Under the pieces are notes generated by a model. The model did no database searches, had not been told where the DNA came from, and saw nothing but the letters and a program-made list of their open reading frames with translations. From NCBI GenBank assembly GCA_963169805.1, contig CAUJDY010000019.1:1-58636 (forward strand): 58,636 nucleotides of DNA, in the 5' to 3' direction. A program made the translations under genes and the position numbers. Positions 17,600 to 27,001 of this stretch are shown piece by piece; position 1 is the stretch's first letter, and each line of letters begins with the position of its first letter. Source of the DNA: Bdellovibrionota bacterium. Lineage in GTDB: Bacteria > Bdellovibrionota > Bdellovibrionia > Bdellovibrionales > JAEYZS01.

Positions 17600-18834
17600 A
17601 AGCGGTTGGGATTAAAGGGGGAGGGGTTTACGTAGGGAGTTGTGCCTGAGATTAATTCTTCTGCAAGACGAGCAGATCCAGGTGCTGATTGTAGGCCCAA
17701 CATTTGGTGCCCGGTGCAGTAAAATAAATTTTTATATCGATTCGAAAAGCCAATCATTGGTACTCCGTCGGGCGTACAAGGTCTCAGACCTCTCCAGGTT
17801 TCCTGAATATCAAGATCGAGAGGAAGATCAAAAAACTGTTGCGTACCTTTTATGATAGCTTGAACTCGACGTGGAGAAATGGATTCGTCATTTCTGACAA
17901 GCTCTAACGTTCCTGCAACACGTACAGAATCTTTACGAGGTGTAATGGCAATTTTTTTCTCTATTAACATCATTGGATGCAAAGGTATATTTTTAAAATT
18001 CTTAACGATAAGGCTATAACCCTTTCCCCCCATTACAGGAATACTTAAGTTCAGCTGGCGCGCTAACAATTGTGACCATGTTCCCATGGCAATCACTACA
18101 AGATTTGCTTCAAAAACACCTCGAGTCGTATGTATCTTTTTAATATCACCCTTGTGAGCCTCGATTTGAAAAACTTCAGTGAAGGGAAGGAATGTCCCTC
18201 CTAGATTTTGAACTTCTTGCGACATTTTTTCAACTGCAGCGAGGGGCTCTACGTGAGCTTCATTCGGAAAATAAACTCCACCTAAAAGATTCTTTTTAAT
18301 TGAGGGTTCCATTTTATAAATTTCATCTGGAGTGAGTTTTTTACCTGTGATACCTCTGAGCGCCATCAGTTCAAGTTCTTCAACTGCAGCCTTGTAGCCC
18401 TCATTAGTTTGAGTCACCATTAAGAGGCCTTTTTGTTGAAAAGAAAAATCATGTTTTTGTGAAAGTTCTTGGTATATTTTTAAACTTTCTTTTGAAATTT
18501 CAGCTAAAACTTCAATAGATTGATTCATTTTTTTGTGAGTCATGCTTTTTGTAAAATACATAAGCCACTTAGCAAGTTGAGTGCTGAATTCAGGTTTAAT
18601 ATAGAGCGGACTTTCTGGATCTAAAAGCCAGCCTAAGGATTTCCAAAACATCCCTGGTTGAGGAAGTGGCATTGCAAAACATGGAGTCACCCACCCCGCG
18701 TTTCCGTAAGAGCAACCATAGCCAATGGCTCCTTTATCTAAAACAGTAACGTGTCTCCCTTTTTTTTGTAGAGCATGAGCGACTGAGGTCCCTACTATTC
18801 CAGCTCCTAGAACAAGTATATCAACTTTTTTCAT
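17596..18834 (-). CDS. FAD-dependent oxidoreductase, D-amino-acid dehydrogenase (DadA)-like
   Basis: N-terminal dinucleotide fold MKKVDILVLGAGIVGTSVAHAL..VTVLDK and GCSYGNAGWVTP, as in DadA. 412 aa. Confidence 0.7.
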   Translation of the reverse strand: MKKVDILVLGAGIVGTSVAHALQKKGRHVTVLDKGAIGYGCSYGNAGWVTPCFAMPLPQPGMFWKSLGWLLDPESPLYIKPEFSTQLAKWLMYFTKSMTHKKMNQSIEVLAEISKESLKIYQELSQKHDFSFQQKGLLMVTQTNEGYKAAVEELELMALRGITGKKLTPDEIYKMEPSIKKNLLGGVYFPNEAHVEPLAAVEKMSQEVQNLGGTFLPFTEVFQIEAHKGDIKKIHTTRGVFEANLVVIAMGTWSQLLARQLNLSIPVMGGKGYSLIVKNFKNIPLHPMMLIEKKIAITPRKDSVRVAGTLELVRNDESISPRRVQAIIKGTQQFFDLPLDLDIQETWRGLRPCTPDGVPMIGFSNRYKNLFYCTGHQMLGLQSAPGSARLAEELISGTTPYVNPSPFNPNRF

Positions 18835-20163
18835 TTATTTTGCTTTTACTTTATGTTTTGAGTCAGAATTTTTGGAAGGAGACACTTTAGCTTCAGGTTC
18901 AAAACCATCCCAACATTTCAAATAATCTTTCTGCAGAAACTTAGATTTTAGAGATTGTTGTGTGGTACGAAAGGTGTAACGTGTTTCAAACATGAATGCC
19001 ATTGTTTGATCAATTTTAGTTGGTTTGAGTGTCTCGGCTGTGGCTTTGCGGTAAGTTTCTAAATCTGGGCCGTGGGGAGTCATCGTATTATGAAGGCTTG
19101 CTCCCCCAGGGAGAAATCCCTCTTGTTTTGCATCATAGGCGCCAACAATTAATCCCATAAATTCACTCATACAGTTTCTATGAAAATATGGTGGACGGAA
19201 AGTATTTTCGGCAACCATCCACCTTGGTGGAAAAATCACAAAATCGACATTCGCTGTACCCACTTCATGGGAGGGTGATGTTAGGACTGTAAAAATGGAA
19301 GGGTCGGGATGGTCAAAGCTCACGGTGTTTATAGTATTAAACAAGCTAAGATCATACTTATAAGGATATGTATTTCCGTACCATGCTACTACATCGAGAG
19401 GATTATGATTGAGGTTGGCTACAAAAAGTTCGCCCATATATTTGTTAAGCAATTTGTATGTCCCAGTTTCATCTACATAGTTGGCAACTGGTGCTAAGAA
19501 ATGTCTAGGGTTGGCAAGGCCGTTTGCCCCAATTGGACCCAAATCTGGAATTCTAAGATAAGAACCAAAGTTTTCCAAAACATAGCCTCTCGCCTTTTCT
19601 GATTGAACAAGAACCTGAAATTTCACTCCACGTGGAATTACTAAAATTTCTAATGGCTTGATCTCAAGAATACCAAATTCTGTTTTAAAGCATAATTCTC
19701 CTTCTTGTGGAACGATGAGCATTTCTGCATCAGAATTTTGGAAAAAACTATTCTTCATAGATGAATTGCACGTGTACATGTGAACAGCGCACCCTGCTTG
19801 GCTTGGAGGGCTTCCTGCTACTGCATATGTCATAAACCCCGCTATAAAATCATGAGACTTGTTAGGTATTGGAAGAGGGCTCCAGCGTAGTGGATTGGGT
19901 GTACAGATTTCATCAAAGTTATGCGAAAAAAATGTTGGGTGGTGAAAAGGTTTAAATTCTCCGTGACCTACAGAAGGTCTTAGGCGGTATAGCCAGGATT
20001 TTAAATTTGATTTTTGAGGAGCTGTGAATGCAGTTGAACTTAATTGTTCCGGGTAAAGAGAGTAAGGTGTTTTTTGAGGGGAATTTTGATTTTGAGGTAG
20101 GGCATTTTTCAGGGCTTCTGTCGATAAGATATTTTGAAATCCACTCATGTAATCAAGTTTCAT
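18835..20163 (-). CDS. hmgA: Homogentisate 1,2-dioxygenase
   Basis: 442 aa. The N-terminus YMSGFQNILSTEALKNALPQNQNSPQK, the later PPYFHRNCMSEFMGLI and the FMFE segment are typical of HGD. Confidence 0.85.
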   Translation of the reverse strand: MKLDYMSGFQNILSTEALKNALPQNQNSPQKTPYSLYPEQLSSTAFTAPQKSNLKSWLYRLRPSVGHGEFKPFHHPTFFSHNFDEICTPNPLRWSPLPIPNKSHDFIAGFMTYAVAGSPPSQAGCAVHMYTCNSSMKNSFFQNSDAEMLIVPQEGELCFKTEFGILEIKPLEILVIPRGVKFQVLVQSEKARGYVLENFGSYLRIPDLGPIGANGLANPRHFLAPVANYVDETGTYKLLNKYMGELFVANLNHNPLDVVAWYGNTYPYKYDLSLFNTINTVSFDHPDPSIFTVLTSPSHEVGTANVDFVIFPPRWMVAENTFRPPYFHRNCMSEFMGLIVGAYDAKQEGFLPGGASLHNTMTPHGPDLETYRKATAETLKPTKIDQTMAFMFETRYTFRTTQQSLKSKFLQKDYLKCWDGFEPEAKVSPSKNSDSKHKVKAK

Positions 20164-20301
20164 AGTATTTCCACCTTTAAGTGTTTAGCTTTGAGACATA
20201 ATAAAGCACATATAAAAAATGACATGAGATAACTGGCATTTCAACAGCAAAAACCATGTGTCGTATTCAACCTTTATATCATTTCTGCCGTTAGTATAAG
20301 T

Positions 20302-20784
20302 ATGAAGATTTTTGCACTTTTAGCCATTTTGTTCTTTGCATTCAGAGCTTTTAGCCAAAACTTCAACTATTTCTATGTGGATGAGTATATACGTGCGCAA
20401 GAGGATAAGGACTACCAAGCTTATCTTGTTCAAAAAGAAAAGGATAAGAAATTCTTCAGACAAGGTGTGGAAGATTACAAAGATCAGAAGGACTATGATG
20501 AGCAGATGCAGGAAGTGGCACGGCAAAATTATTCAGAATGGAAAAGAACCGTACCGCAAAAAAACTTTGAAAAATATGAGCTAGATCATGAAAAGAAAAA
20601 ACAAAAAGAAGAAGAAAAGTTTTTGGCGATACAAAAGAAATACGCGTATGAAAAATCTTTAAACCCCCAGATCTCACCTAACTTTCTGGAGCGTAATAGT
20701 CGAGCTATAGCTTCTCTAGAAGAGCGTAAATTTATTCCTAAGAAAGATCGAAAGTTTAAATTTAAGAATCCTAAAAAGAATTAA
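20302..20784 (+). CDS. Secreted, highly charged (Lys/Glu/Asp/Tyr-rich) hypothetical protein
   Basis: Signal peptide MKIFALLAILFFAFRAFSQ, then low-complexity charged sequence. No family recognised. Confidence 0.5.
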   Translation: MKIFALLAILFFAFRAFSQNFNYFYVDEYIRAQEDKDYQAYLVQKEKDKKFFRQGVEDYKDQKDYDEQMQEVARQNYSEWKRTVPQKNFEKYELDHEKKKQKEEEKFLAIQKKYAYEKSLNPQISPNFLERNSRAIASLEERKFIPKKDRKFKFKNPKKN

Positions 20785-20825
20785 AATAACTCCTCATTTA
20801 GTTTTTTTTGTAGTAACAGTGTCTT

Positions 20826-21719
20826 ATGAAAATAGACCAACTTCAAACCCCACAAGCTCGTTTTTTTAAATCACTCCAAGAAGAAATCACTACAGCTCTT
20901 GATGTTGTTAATAAAAAATCCTTTTTGCAAGATGATTGGCTGAGAGACGGTGGTGGAGGTGGGGATACACGGGTTTACACAGATGGAGATTTACTCGAAA
21001 AGGGAGGGGTTAATTTTAGTGAAGTTTTTGGACAGTTTAGTCCTGAGTTTGCTAAGCAAATCCCACACGGTGAGGGGCTTGACTTTTATGCAACAGGTGT
21101 TTCTTTGGTACTTCATCCCAAAAATCCTTTTGTTCCTACTGTGCATGCAAATTTTAGATATTTAAAACGTGGAAGTGCTGCATGGTTTGGTGGCGGAGCA
21201 GATCTTACTCCTTATTACGTGTTTGAAGAAGATGCTGTGCATTTTCACTCCACTTTTGCTACAGCTCTTAATCCTTTTGGAGTAGATAAATATCCAAAGT
21301 TCAAAAAGCAATGTGATGAGTATTTTTACCTTCCTCACAGGGGGGAAACTCGTGGAGTAGGTGGAATCTTTTTTGACTATCAAATGGAAAGTGATGGTCC
21401 ATTTGAGATGGTTCAATCTTGTGGACGTGCTTTTTTAAAGGCTTATCTACCAATCGTAGAAAAGCGTATTCAAACTACTTTTACGGATGCACAAAAAGAA
21501 TTCCAAGAGCTTCGAAGAGGGCGTTATGTCGAGTTTAATCTGCTCTATGATCGAGGCACGTTGTTTGGGCTTAAGACAAACGGACGAGTTGAATCTATAC
21601 TGATGTCTTTACCTCAAAAAGTACGTTGGGGTTATGACTACAAGCCTCGGGCAGGCACACCAGAAGCACAATTGACGAATTATCTTAAACCTATTGATTG
21701 GTTATCTTTAAACTCTTGA
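20826..21719 (+). CDS. hemF: Oxygen-dependent coproporphyrinogen-III oxidase
   Basis: 297 aa with DDWLRDGGGGGDTRV, GGVNFS, HPKNPFVPTVHANFRY, WFGGGADLTPYY, RGETRGVGGIFFD and RRGRYVEFNLLYDRGT. Confidence 0.95.
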   Translation: MKIDQLQTPQARFFKSLQEEITTALDVVNKKSFLQDDWLRDGGGGGDTRVYTDGDLLEKGGVNFSEVFGQFSPEFAKQIPHGEGLDFYATGVSLVLHPKNPFVPTVHANFRYLKRGSAAWFGGGADLTPYYVFEEDAVHFHSTFATALNPFGVDKYPKFKKQCDEYFYLPHRGETRGVGGIFFDYQMESDGPFEMVQSCGRAFLKAYLPIVEKRIQTTFTDAQKEFQELRRGRYVEFNLLYDRGTLFGLKTNGRVESILMSLPQKVRWGYDYKPRAGTPEAQLTNYLKPIDWLSLNS

Positions 21720-21723
21720 AGAG

Positions 21724-22029
21724 TTAGATTGCAGCATCAACTAAAAATCTGCTCTTCTTCCAAGTAATTAACTGGTCTTGGATTTTTCTGCTGAGTTCGA
21801 GCATAAGATTTCTAACATCTGTGTTTTCCGCTATCGCTGAGAAAGGTTTTTCACCAAAAAAAATCTTTTGTACACCCAAAATACGCCCGGATTCTTTTAT
21901 GAAATCGAGTGTAATCGTAGCTTGGCTAGGGGAGAGGTCTTTAATTTGATCTAACTTTTGATTTAGAAATTGCTTATCTTCTACTGATGGTTCGAACCCA
22001 ATGTAGTTAATAAAGATATTCATAGCCAT
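21724..22029 (-). CDS. Small protein, possibly a short ribosome hibernation factor of the HPF/RaiA family (start trimmed to the ATG preceded by AAGGAGG)
   Basis: AAAGGAGGTTTTATGGCTATG gives MAMNIFINYIGFEPSVEDKQFLNQKLDQIK...SRKIQDQLITWKK. Pattern and length resemble RaiA/HPF (MNI..., ...KL.RQL.K.K). Weak, by eye only. Confidence 0.4.
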   Translation of the reverse strand: MAMNIFINYIGFEPSVEDKQFLNQKLDQIKDLSPSQATITLDFIKESGRILGVQKIFFGEKPFSAIAENTDVRNLMLELSRKIQDQLITWKKSRFLVDAAI

Positions 22030-22180
22030 AAAACCTCCTTTTTGCTGGTTCCTTTGCTTTATCTGAATGTTGCTATTCTGGTTATAGCAACTTATGACAC
22101 GAAATGTAATACCCATTGTCAGTATTACATGAAAGTAGAAAAAACGAGAGGTTTCAATATCTTATTAACAAAAATTAACG

Positions 22181-23539
22181 TTACTGTTTACGTCTTTTAA
22201 CCTTAAATTCAACTCGTCTGTTTCTTTCGCGACCTTGGAAGTTACCATTATCTGCTAGAGGCCTACCTTCTCCATAGCCATAGGCTTTAACTTTTGAAAC
22301 AGGTAGTCCGTGAGTTCTAACTAAATACAGTCCAACGGCCTTAGCTCGACGTTTACTCAGATCAAGGTTATAGGCCGCCGAACCTATTGAATCTGTATGG
22401 CCTTCAATAACAAGAAGTTCCATTTCAGGCGGGCGCTTAAGGTAGTTTGCAAATTTATCTAAATTTTTGAGAGATTGGCGATCTAAAATATCTGAGTTAA
22501 ATGCAAACTTGATATCTTTAATGACAAAGGTTTCATTTTCCTCAGGTTCTAAATCGAATGAGTCAATATCAACAATCTCAACATCTCCACTTTCATTTGT
22601 CACAAGTTTATAGACTGAATCAACAGTTGCAGCTTGAGGTTTGTCGACACCTCCAAAAAGTGGTCCAAACGTCCAATTGACCCCTGTATAAACACGCCAG
22701 TCGGGAGTCGCTGAGCCGTTGAGGATCTCTTTTCCTGCTCCAAGATGAAGTGCCAGTTGAGATGATGGCTGATATTTTATTCCAGTGATAAATTCAAGAG
22801 AAGATTGCTCTCGATTGGTATTGAGTTCTGTACTCTCAGCTGGAGTGGATCCATAGATTTCAGAAATAAGTTTCAAATCAACATCGTCAAAGTAGTAACT
22901 TGCAGCAAGTGAAGCAATCCACTGATTCTGAAAAGGCTCAATTTCTGGAAAATCGGGGAGTTGCTCTCCTGGATCACGGAAGCGATATCCAATATTTGCT
23001 CCCATCGCAATTTTATTTTTAAGAGTTGTATCTCCAGCTAACTCTAAAGTGTAGATGGGGCCAGATTTATCACCTACGAAAGGGTTATTTTCAATTTGGT
23101 TAAAGCTAACAGATAATATAGCGGCTAAACCTCCTGAGCTATTCCCAAAGAAACGGTATTTTGTATTAACGCGAATTTCTGTATTGCCTGTTTCTTCAAA
23201 GTAGCCCAGATCTGCGTCTGTATCGAGAGATTGTTCAAGTAGGTAGGGGAAACTAATTCCAAAGTCCCAGTTTTTGCCTAAGCCTACCCCCATATTAAGA
23301 TCTGCTGCTAAAATTGAGTCTCCTTCTTCTCCTCCATCAAAATAAGGGAGGGTATTCTTAGAGTAATTAAGAAAAAAACCTAAGTTGAAGTACCCTGGTT
23401 CTAGGGTTTCCGAAGAATGCACTGTAATAAAATCAAGTCCGCTCGTGGTCGTATTAAAATTTTGGGTATCAACTCCCACAACGTTCGCGCGAGATACGGA
23501 TAGGCTTAATAAGATCAATAAAATCAGTGTTTTCTGCAC
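22181..23539 (-). CDS. OmpA-family outer-membrane protein (N-terminal beta-rich domain, C-terminal OmpA/peptidoglycan-binding domain)
   Basis: Signal peptide MQKTLILLILLSLSVSRA. The C-terminus has IEGHTDSIGSAAYNLDLSKRRAKAV...NRRVEF, the OmpA-like domain signature. Confidence 0.85.
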   Translation of the reverse strand: MQKTLILLILLSLSVSRANVVGVDTQNFNTTTSGLDFITVHSSETLEPGYFNLGFFLNYSKNTLPYFDGGEEGDSILAADLNMGVGLGKNWDFGISFPYLLEQSLDTDADLGYFEETGNTEIRVNTKYRFFGNSSGGLAAILSVSFNQIENNPFVGDKSGPIYTLELAGDTTLKNKIAMGANIGYRFRDPGEQLPDFPEIEPFQNQWIASLAASYYFDDVDLKLISEIYGSTPAESTELNTNREQSSLEFITGIKYQPSSQLALHLGAGKEILNGSATPDWRVYTGVNWTFGPLFGGVDKPQAATVDSVYKLVTNESGDVEIVDIDSFDLEPEENETFVIKDIKFAFNSDILDRQSLKNLDKFANYLKRPPEMELLVIEGHTDSIGSAAYNLDLSKRRAKAVGLYLVRTHGLPVSKVKAYGYGEGRPLADNGNFQGRERNRRVEFKVKRRKQ

Positions 23540-23643
23540 GAGGCACCTCTGTGTCTTATTATCCGTGTTATTTTTTCAGTATTTCAATAAAAAACAATCT
23601 TTTAGAGGCCAATTTCGCTGCAATTACCGCAAGATAAATACGG

Positions 23644-23672
23644 TTGACAGTTCAACTAAGAATCTTTACTTT
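23644..23672 (+). promoter_or_regulatory. Candidate sigma70-type promoter for rpmG
   Basis: TTGACA (23644..23649), a 17-nt spacer, then TACTTT (23667..23672), about 40 nt upstream of the rpmG ATG. Confidence 0.35.
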
Positions 23673-23710
23673 CGGTGCTTTGATTATTCATTTCGTGCAC
23701 AGAGGTTGCC

Positions 23711-23890
23711 ATGGCAAAAAAAGGTAAAGTTAGAATTATCACGTTAGAATGTACTGAAGCTCGTAAAGAAGGAAAGTCTCCTTCTCGCTATACGACTAAG
23801 AAGAACACTCAGACTCACCCAGAGAGACTTGAAAAAAAGAAGTACAATCCATTCTTGAAAAGACACACACTTCACAAAGAAATTAAATAA
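23711..23890 (+). CDS. rpmG: 50S ribosomal protein L33 (59 aa, below the ORF-track length cutoff)
   Basis: My own translation: [59 protein letters not shown]. The pattern is classic L33 (RYxTxKN...ERLExKKYxPxxRKHxxHKE). Confidence 0.9.
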   Translation: MAKKGKVRIITLECTEARKEGKSPSRYTTKKNTQTHPERLEKKKYNPFLKRHTLHKEIK

Positions 23891-23919
23891 ACTTAATTTC
23901 TTTGAACTTGTGAGCAATA

Positions 23920-23952
23920 AAAAAGCCGACTCTTTTTAAGTCGGCTTTTTTT
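23920..23952. terminator. Bidirectional rho-independent terminator (rpmG / HiPIP gene)
   Basis: AAAAAGCCGACT-cttttta-AGTCGGCTTTTTTT between convergent genes. Confidence 0.75.
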
Positions 23953-23996
23953 ATTTCTATAATCTTAAGTGCTAGGCACTATTGTTTTTTAACAGA

Positions 23997-24371
23997 TTAT
24001 CCTTTAGCTGCTGGATTGTGTGTCCAAGTTGGGCACCAACCTTCGTTTTTAACTTTCATACACCCTTTTGTGATAACAGTGCAAACTCCACCCTGAAGAA
24101 GAATACAGTTTCCACAATTTTGCTGAGCAAACTTTAAGGTTTTTTTGTCCGCTTCTGCTTTTGCTGCAGGTGCAACTTTTGATTTATCCTCTACATAATT
24201 AATGGTAGCTGCGCCATCAACACCCGGCTTTGCATCACATGATTTTGGATCTTGAGACTCGCCTTTTTTCTTTTTCTTTTCTTGAGCAAAAGCCATAGGG
24301 CCCACAAGAAGTGCTGCAGATGCAACTGATAGAGATAAGAGTTGTTTTAGAAAATCACGACGTGCAGTCAT
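23997..24371 (-). CDS. High-potential iron-sulfur protein (HiPIP) with twin-arginine signal peptide
   Basis: TAT motif MTARRDFLKQLL. The C-terminus QNCGNCILLQ...KGCMKVKNEGWCPTWT matches the HiPIP cluster-binding pattern (NCxNC...KGC...GWCxxW). Confidence 0.75.
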   Translation of the reverse strand: MTARRDFLKQLLSLSVASAALLVGPMAFAQEKKKKKGESQDPKSCDAKPGVDGAATINYVEDKSKVAPAAKAEADKKTLKFAQQNCGNCILLQGGVCTVITKGCMKVKNEGWCPTWTHNPAAKG

Positions 24372-24498
24372 GAATAGCTCCTTTGTTGGGATCCATTAAG
24401 ATCCGTTTGTAATCATTAAGGTTTCAACTTATTTTCAATATATATTCATTTAGATTGAGGTACAATTTTAAACGCATCATGTTATAGGTCTGAATAGA

Positions 24499-25428
24499 AT
24501 GTCAGAAATACTGAAATGTGAAATGATTCATCCACAGATGTCTGGTTATAAGTGGAAGCTCAGTCTTAAAACAGAAAATGCCTTTTTAAATATCTCTGTT
24601 GCCACACTTTTTTTTTCCTTCATGCAAGTTATTGTCAAATACCTCAAGGACCTGCCATTTTTTGAGCTGGTGTTTTTTAGAGCTGGTATCTCACTTATTT
24701 TTGCTTTTGGAGCCCTTAAGGTTGCGGGTATTTCTCCACGTCCATCTAATATTAAATGGGTTGTGATTCGTGGTTTAGCAGGGACTCTGTCTCTGATGGC
24801 TTACTTTTACAGCCTTCAAACTCTGCCTCTCACAACAGCTGTGACGCTTCAATATTTATCTCCTATTTTTAGTGTTTTGTGGGCCTCAATGTTTTTTCGA
24901 GAACCGTCAACTGTCATACAATGGTTTTTTCTATTAACAGCTTTTTTGGGAGTTTATGTAGCAAAGGGAATTGAAGGCACTATTCCGCTTGTTGATGTAG
25001 GAGTTGGAATTGCGGGAGCAATGCTATCTGGAATGTCTTATAATGCCATTCGACAACTTAAAGAGAGTGATCCGCCACTTCGAGTTGTTTTTTATTTTCC
25101 TTTAATAACAGTATTTATTGCAGCTCCATTTGCTTTTTCGAATTGGGTTTGGCCCACATTTGATCAGTGGCTACTCATTTTAGCATTAGGCATGGTTACA
25201 TGGGTGGCTCAGATATTTATGACGAAAGCATATCAGCAAGGCGCCCCTGGCGTTGTGAATATTGTGGGTTATACTGGAATTTTCTATGCGGCGTTTTTTG
25301 GGTATGTCTTTTTTGAGGAAAAATTGACTCTGCTTCATACCTTTGGAATTCTGATCATGCTAGTGAGTGTTGTGACGAGTACTTTGATTTCACAATCAAA
25401 AAAACACAAAGGGGCTGGGACTGCATGA
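24499..25428 (+). CDS. EamA/DMT-family transporter
   Basis: About 10 TM segments in two similar halves, which is the typical EamA repeat organisation. The true start may be an internal Met. Confidence 0.7.
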   Translation: MSEILKCEMIHPQMSGYKWKLSLKTENAFLNISVATLFFSFMQVIVKYLKDLPFFELVFFRAGISLIFAFGALKVAGISPRPSNIKWVVIRGLAGTLSLMAYFYSLQTLPLTTAVTLQYLSPIFSVLWASMFFREPSTVIQWFFLLTAFLGVYVAKGIEGTIPLVDVGVGIAGAMLSGMSYNAIRQLKESDPPLRVVFYFPLITVFIAAPFAFSNWVWPTFDQWLLILALGMVTWVAQIFMTKAYQQGAPGVVNIVGYTGIFYAAFFGYVFFEEKLTLLHTFGILIMLVSVVTSTLISQSKKHKGAGTA

Positions 25429-26318
25429 GCGATAAACATCATCACGATCATAGGCATAGCCATCACCACCACCACAGTCATTTTAGTTCTGACAAGAAAC
25501 TGTTGATTGTGTTTCTCTTAAATCTCTTTATGTCGATTATTGAGTTTATTGGAGGTCTTTATACAAACTCAACGGCTATTCTTGCGGATGCTCTACATGA
25601 TTTTGGTGATGCGATTGCTCTTGGTAGTAGCTGGATTTTAGAAAAAGTATCTAAAAAAACAGGAGATCAGCATTTTTCATTTGGGTACAAAAGGTTTTCG
25701 CTTTTAGCAGCGCTCATAAATTCACTTATACTTCTAGTGGGTTCATTTTTAATCCTTAAAGAAGTTTTTCCTCGGATTCTGTCTCCAGAGGAAGTTAACA
25801 CTTCCGCTATGATTGGCTTTGCACTATTTGGACTCCTCGTAAACGGGGGCTCGGTTTTGCTATTGAAGGGCGGGAGTTCTTATAATGAGCGTGTCGTAAC
25901 ACTTCATCTTTTAGAGGATGTACTTGGTTGGGTTGCTGTTCTTATTGGAGCAATTGTTATGAATTACTATCCACTCCCAATTCTAGACCCTATTCTTTCT
26001 TTATTGATAGCTTTATTCATCCTGAAGAATGTCTATGTAAATTTAAAGGATGTTCTCTTCATTTTTCTACAAGGAACACCTCAAAATATTGATTTAAAAG
26101 TGCTCCAAGAAAAACTTTTGAATCATGAGTTCATTCAAAAAATCTACCACATTCACGTTTGGTCACTGGATGGTGAAAAACATGTTCTGACAGCTCATGT
26201 TGTTCTCAAAAAATCAGTCCAACTATCTGATATTCCGCAGATTCAAAAATGGGTTCAAGAAAAGACTCAAGCCGCTGGATTATGGCATTCTACAATTCAG
26301 TACGAAATTTCAGTTTGA
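25425..26318 (+). CDS. Cation diffusion facilitator (CzcD/ZitB-like Zn/Co/Cd efflux) with a His-rich N-terminus
   Basis: HHHDHRHSHHHHHSH tail. TM2 ILADALHDFGDAI and TM5 LHLLEDVLGW are CDF metal-site motifs. Its start overlaps the EamA gene stop by 4 nt. Confidence 0.85.
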   Translation: MSDKHHHDHRHSHHHHHSHFSSDKKLLIVFLLNLFMSIIEFIGGLYTNSTAILADALHDFGDAIALGSSWILEKVSKKTGDQHFSFGYKRFSLLAALINSLILLVGSFLILKEVFPRILSPEEVNTSAMIGFALFGLLVNGGSVLLLKGGSSYNERVVTLHLLEDVLGWVAVLIGAIVMNYYPLPILDPILSLLIALFILKNVYVNLKDVLFIFLQGTPQNIDLKVLQEKLLNHEFIQKIYHIHVWSLDGEKHVLTAHVVLKKSVQLSDIPQIQKWVQEKTQAAGLWHSTIQYEISV

Positions 26319-26321
26319 AGT

Positions 26322-26858
26322 TTAGAACTGATTTTTCCACATCATAGATTCAACAGGGTGATTTGTACGGCCGTTGTATTTAGCAGATTGTTTTTTTGCG
26401 TAGGTTGTTTGGATGTCACCTTTAACTTCGAAATATATAATCTGGCCTATTGGCATTCCTGCATAAACACGTACGGGTTTCTTAACTGAAATTTCAAGTG
26501 TCCAGTAGTTGCAAAAGCCAACATCGCCTTTCCCGGCAGTTGCATGGATATCTATACCAAGGCGACCAACAGAGGATTTTCCTTCAAGGAAGGGCACGTG
26601 TCTGTGTGTCTCTGTGTATTCCTCTGTAACGCCTAAGTAAAACTCATTTGGTTGTAGAACAATTCCTTCTTCCGGAATTTGTTTAAATTCAATTTGGTTG
26701 TGCTTTTTTGAGTCTAACACGTCGTCTTTGTAGAGGCCTAAAACGGGACCAAGATGAACATCATAAGAATTTGTTCCCAGGCACTGGCGTCTAAAAGGCT
26801 CCACTTTGATTGCGCCTTCTTCTATGTGTTTTAAAATCTCTGCATCTGTTAGAATCAT
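26322..26858 (-). CDS. dcd: dCTP deaminase (start trimmed to MILTDAEILKHIEEG)
   Basis: MILTDAEILKHIEEGAIKVEPF...NSYDVHLG...LEGKSSVGRLGIDIHATAG...GFCNYWTLEI matches the Dcd family. The longer ORF would overlap the divergent PilZ gene. Confidence 0.85.
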   Translation of the reverse strand: MILTDAEILKHIEEGAIKVEPFRRQCLGTNSYDVHLGPVLGLYKDDVLDSKKHNQIEFKQIPEEGIVLQPNEFYLGVTEEYTETHRHVPFLEGKSSVGRLGIDIHATAGKGDVGFCNYWTLEISVKKPVRVYAGMPIGQIIYFEVKGDIQTTYAKKQSAKYNGRTNHPVESMMWKNQF

Positions 26859-27001
26859 AAGAACCTCATGGTTAGAGCAACTAGATATGTCTAGAATTGG
26901 AACATTTATCAAATAAAAAGAGTTTGTCGCAAAGCGATACACCCTTTGTTCCATCTGTAGAAAAGTTTAACAATTTCCATAAAATTCCGAAAAGTCTAGA
27001 T

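Noticed and set aside
21985-21999. GGTTCGAACCC, a tRNA T-arm-like motif
   Set aside because: It lies inside a CDS, with no acceptor, D or anticodon stems around it. I found no tRNA or rRNA anywhere in the window.
23385-23747. 120-aa ORF spanning the OmpA-family 5' end and the rpmG start
   Set aside because: It overlaps two well-supported genes, and the region is better explained by the rpmG promoter plus the rpmG CDS.
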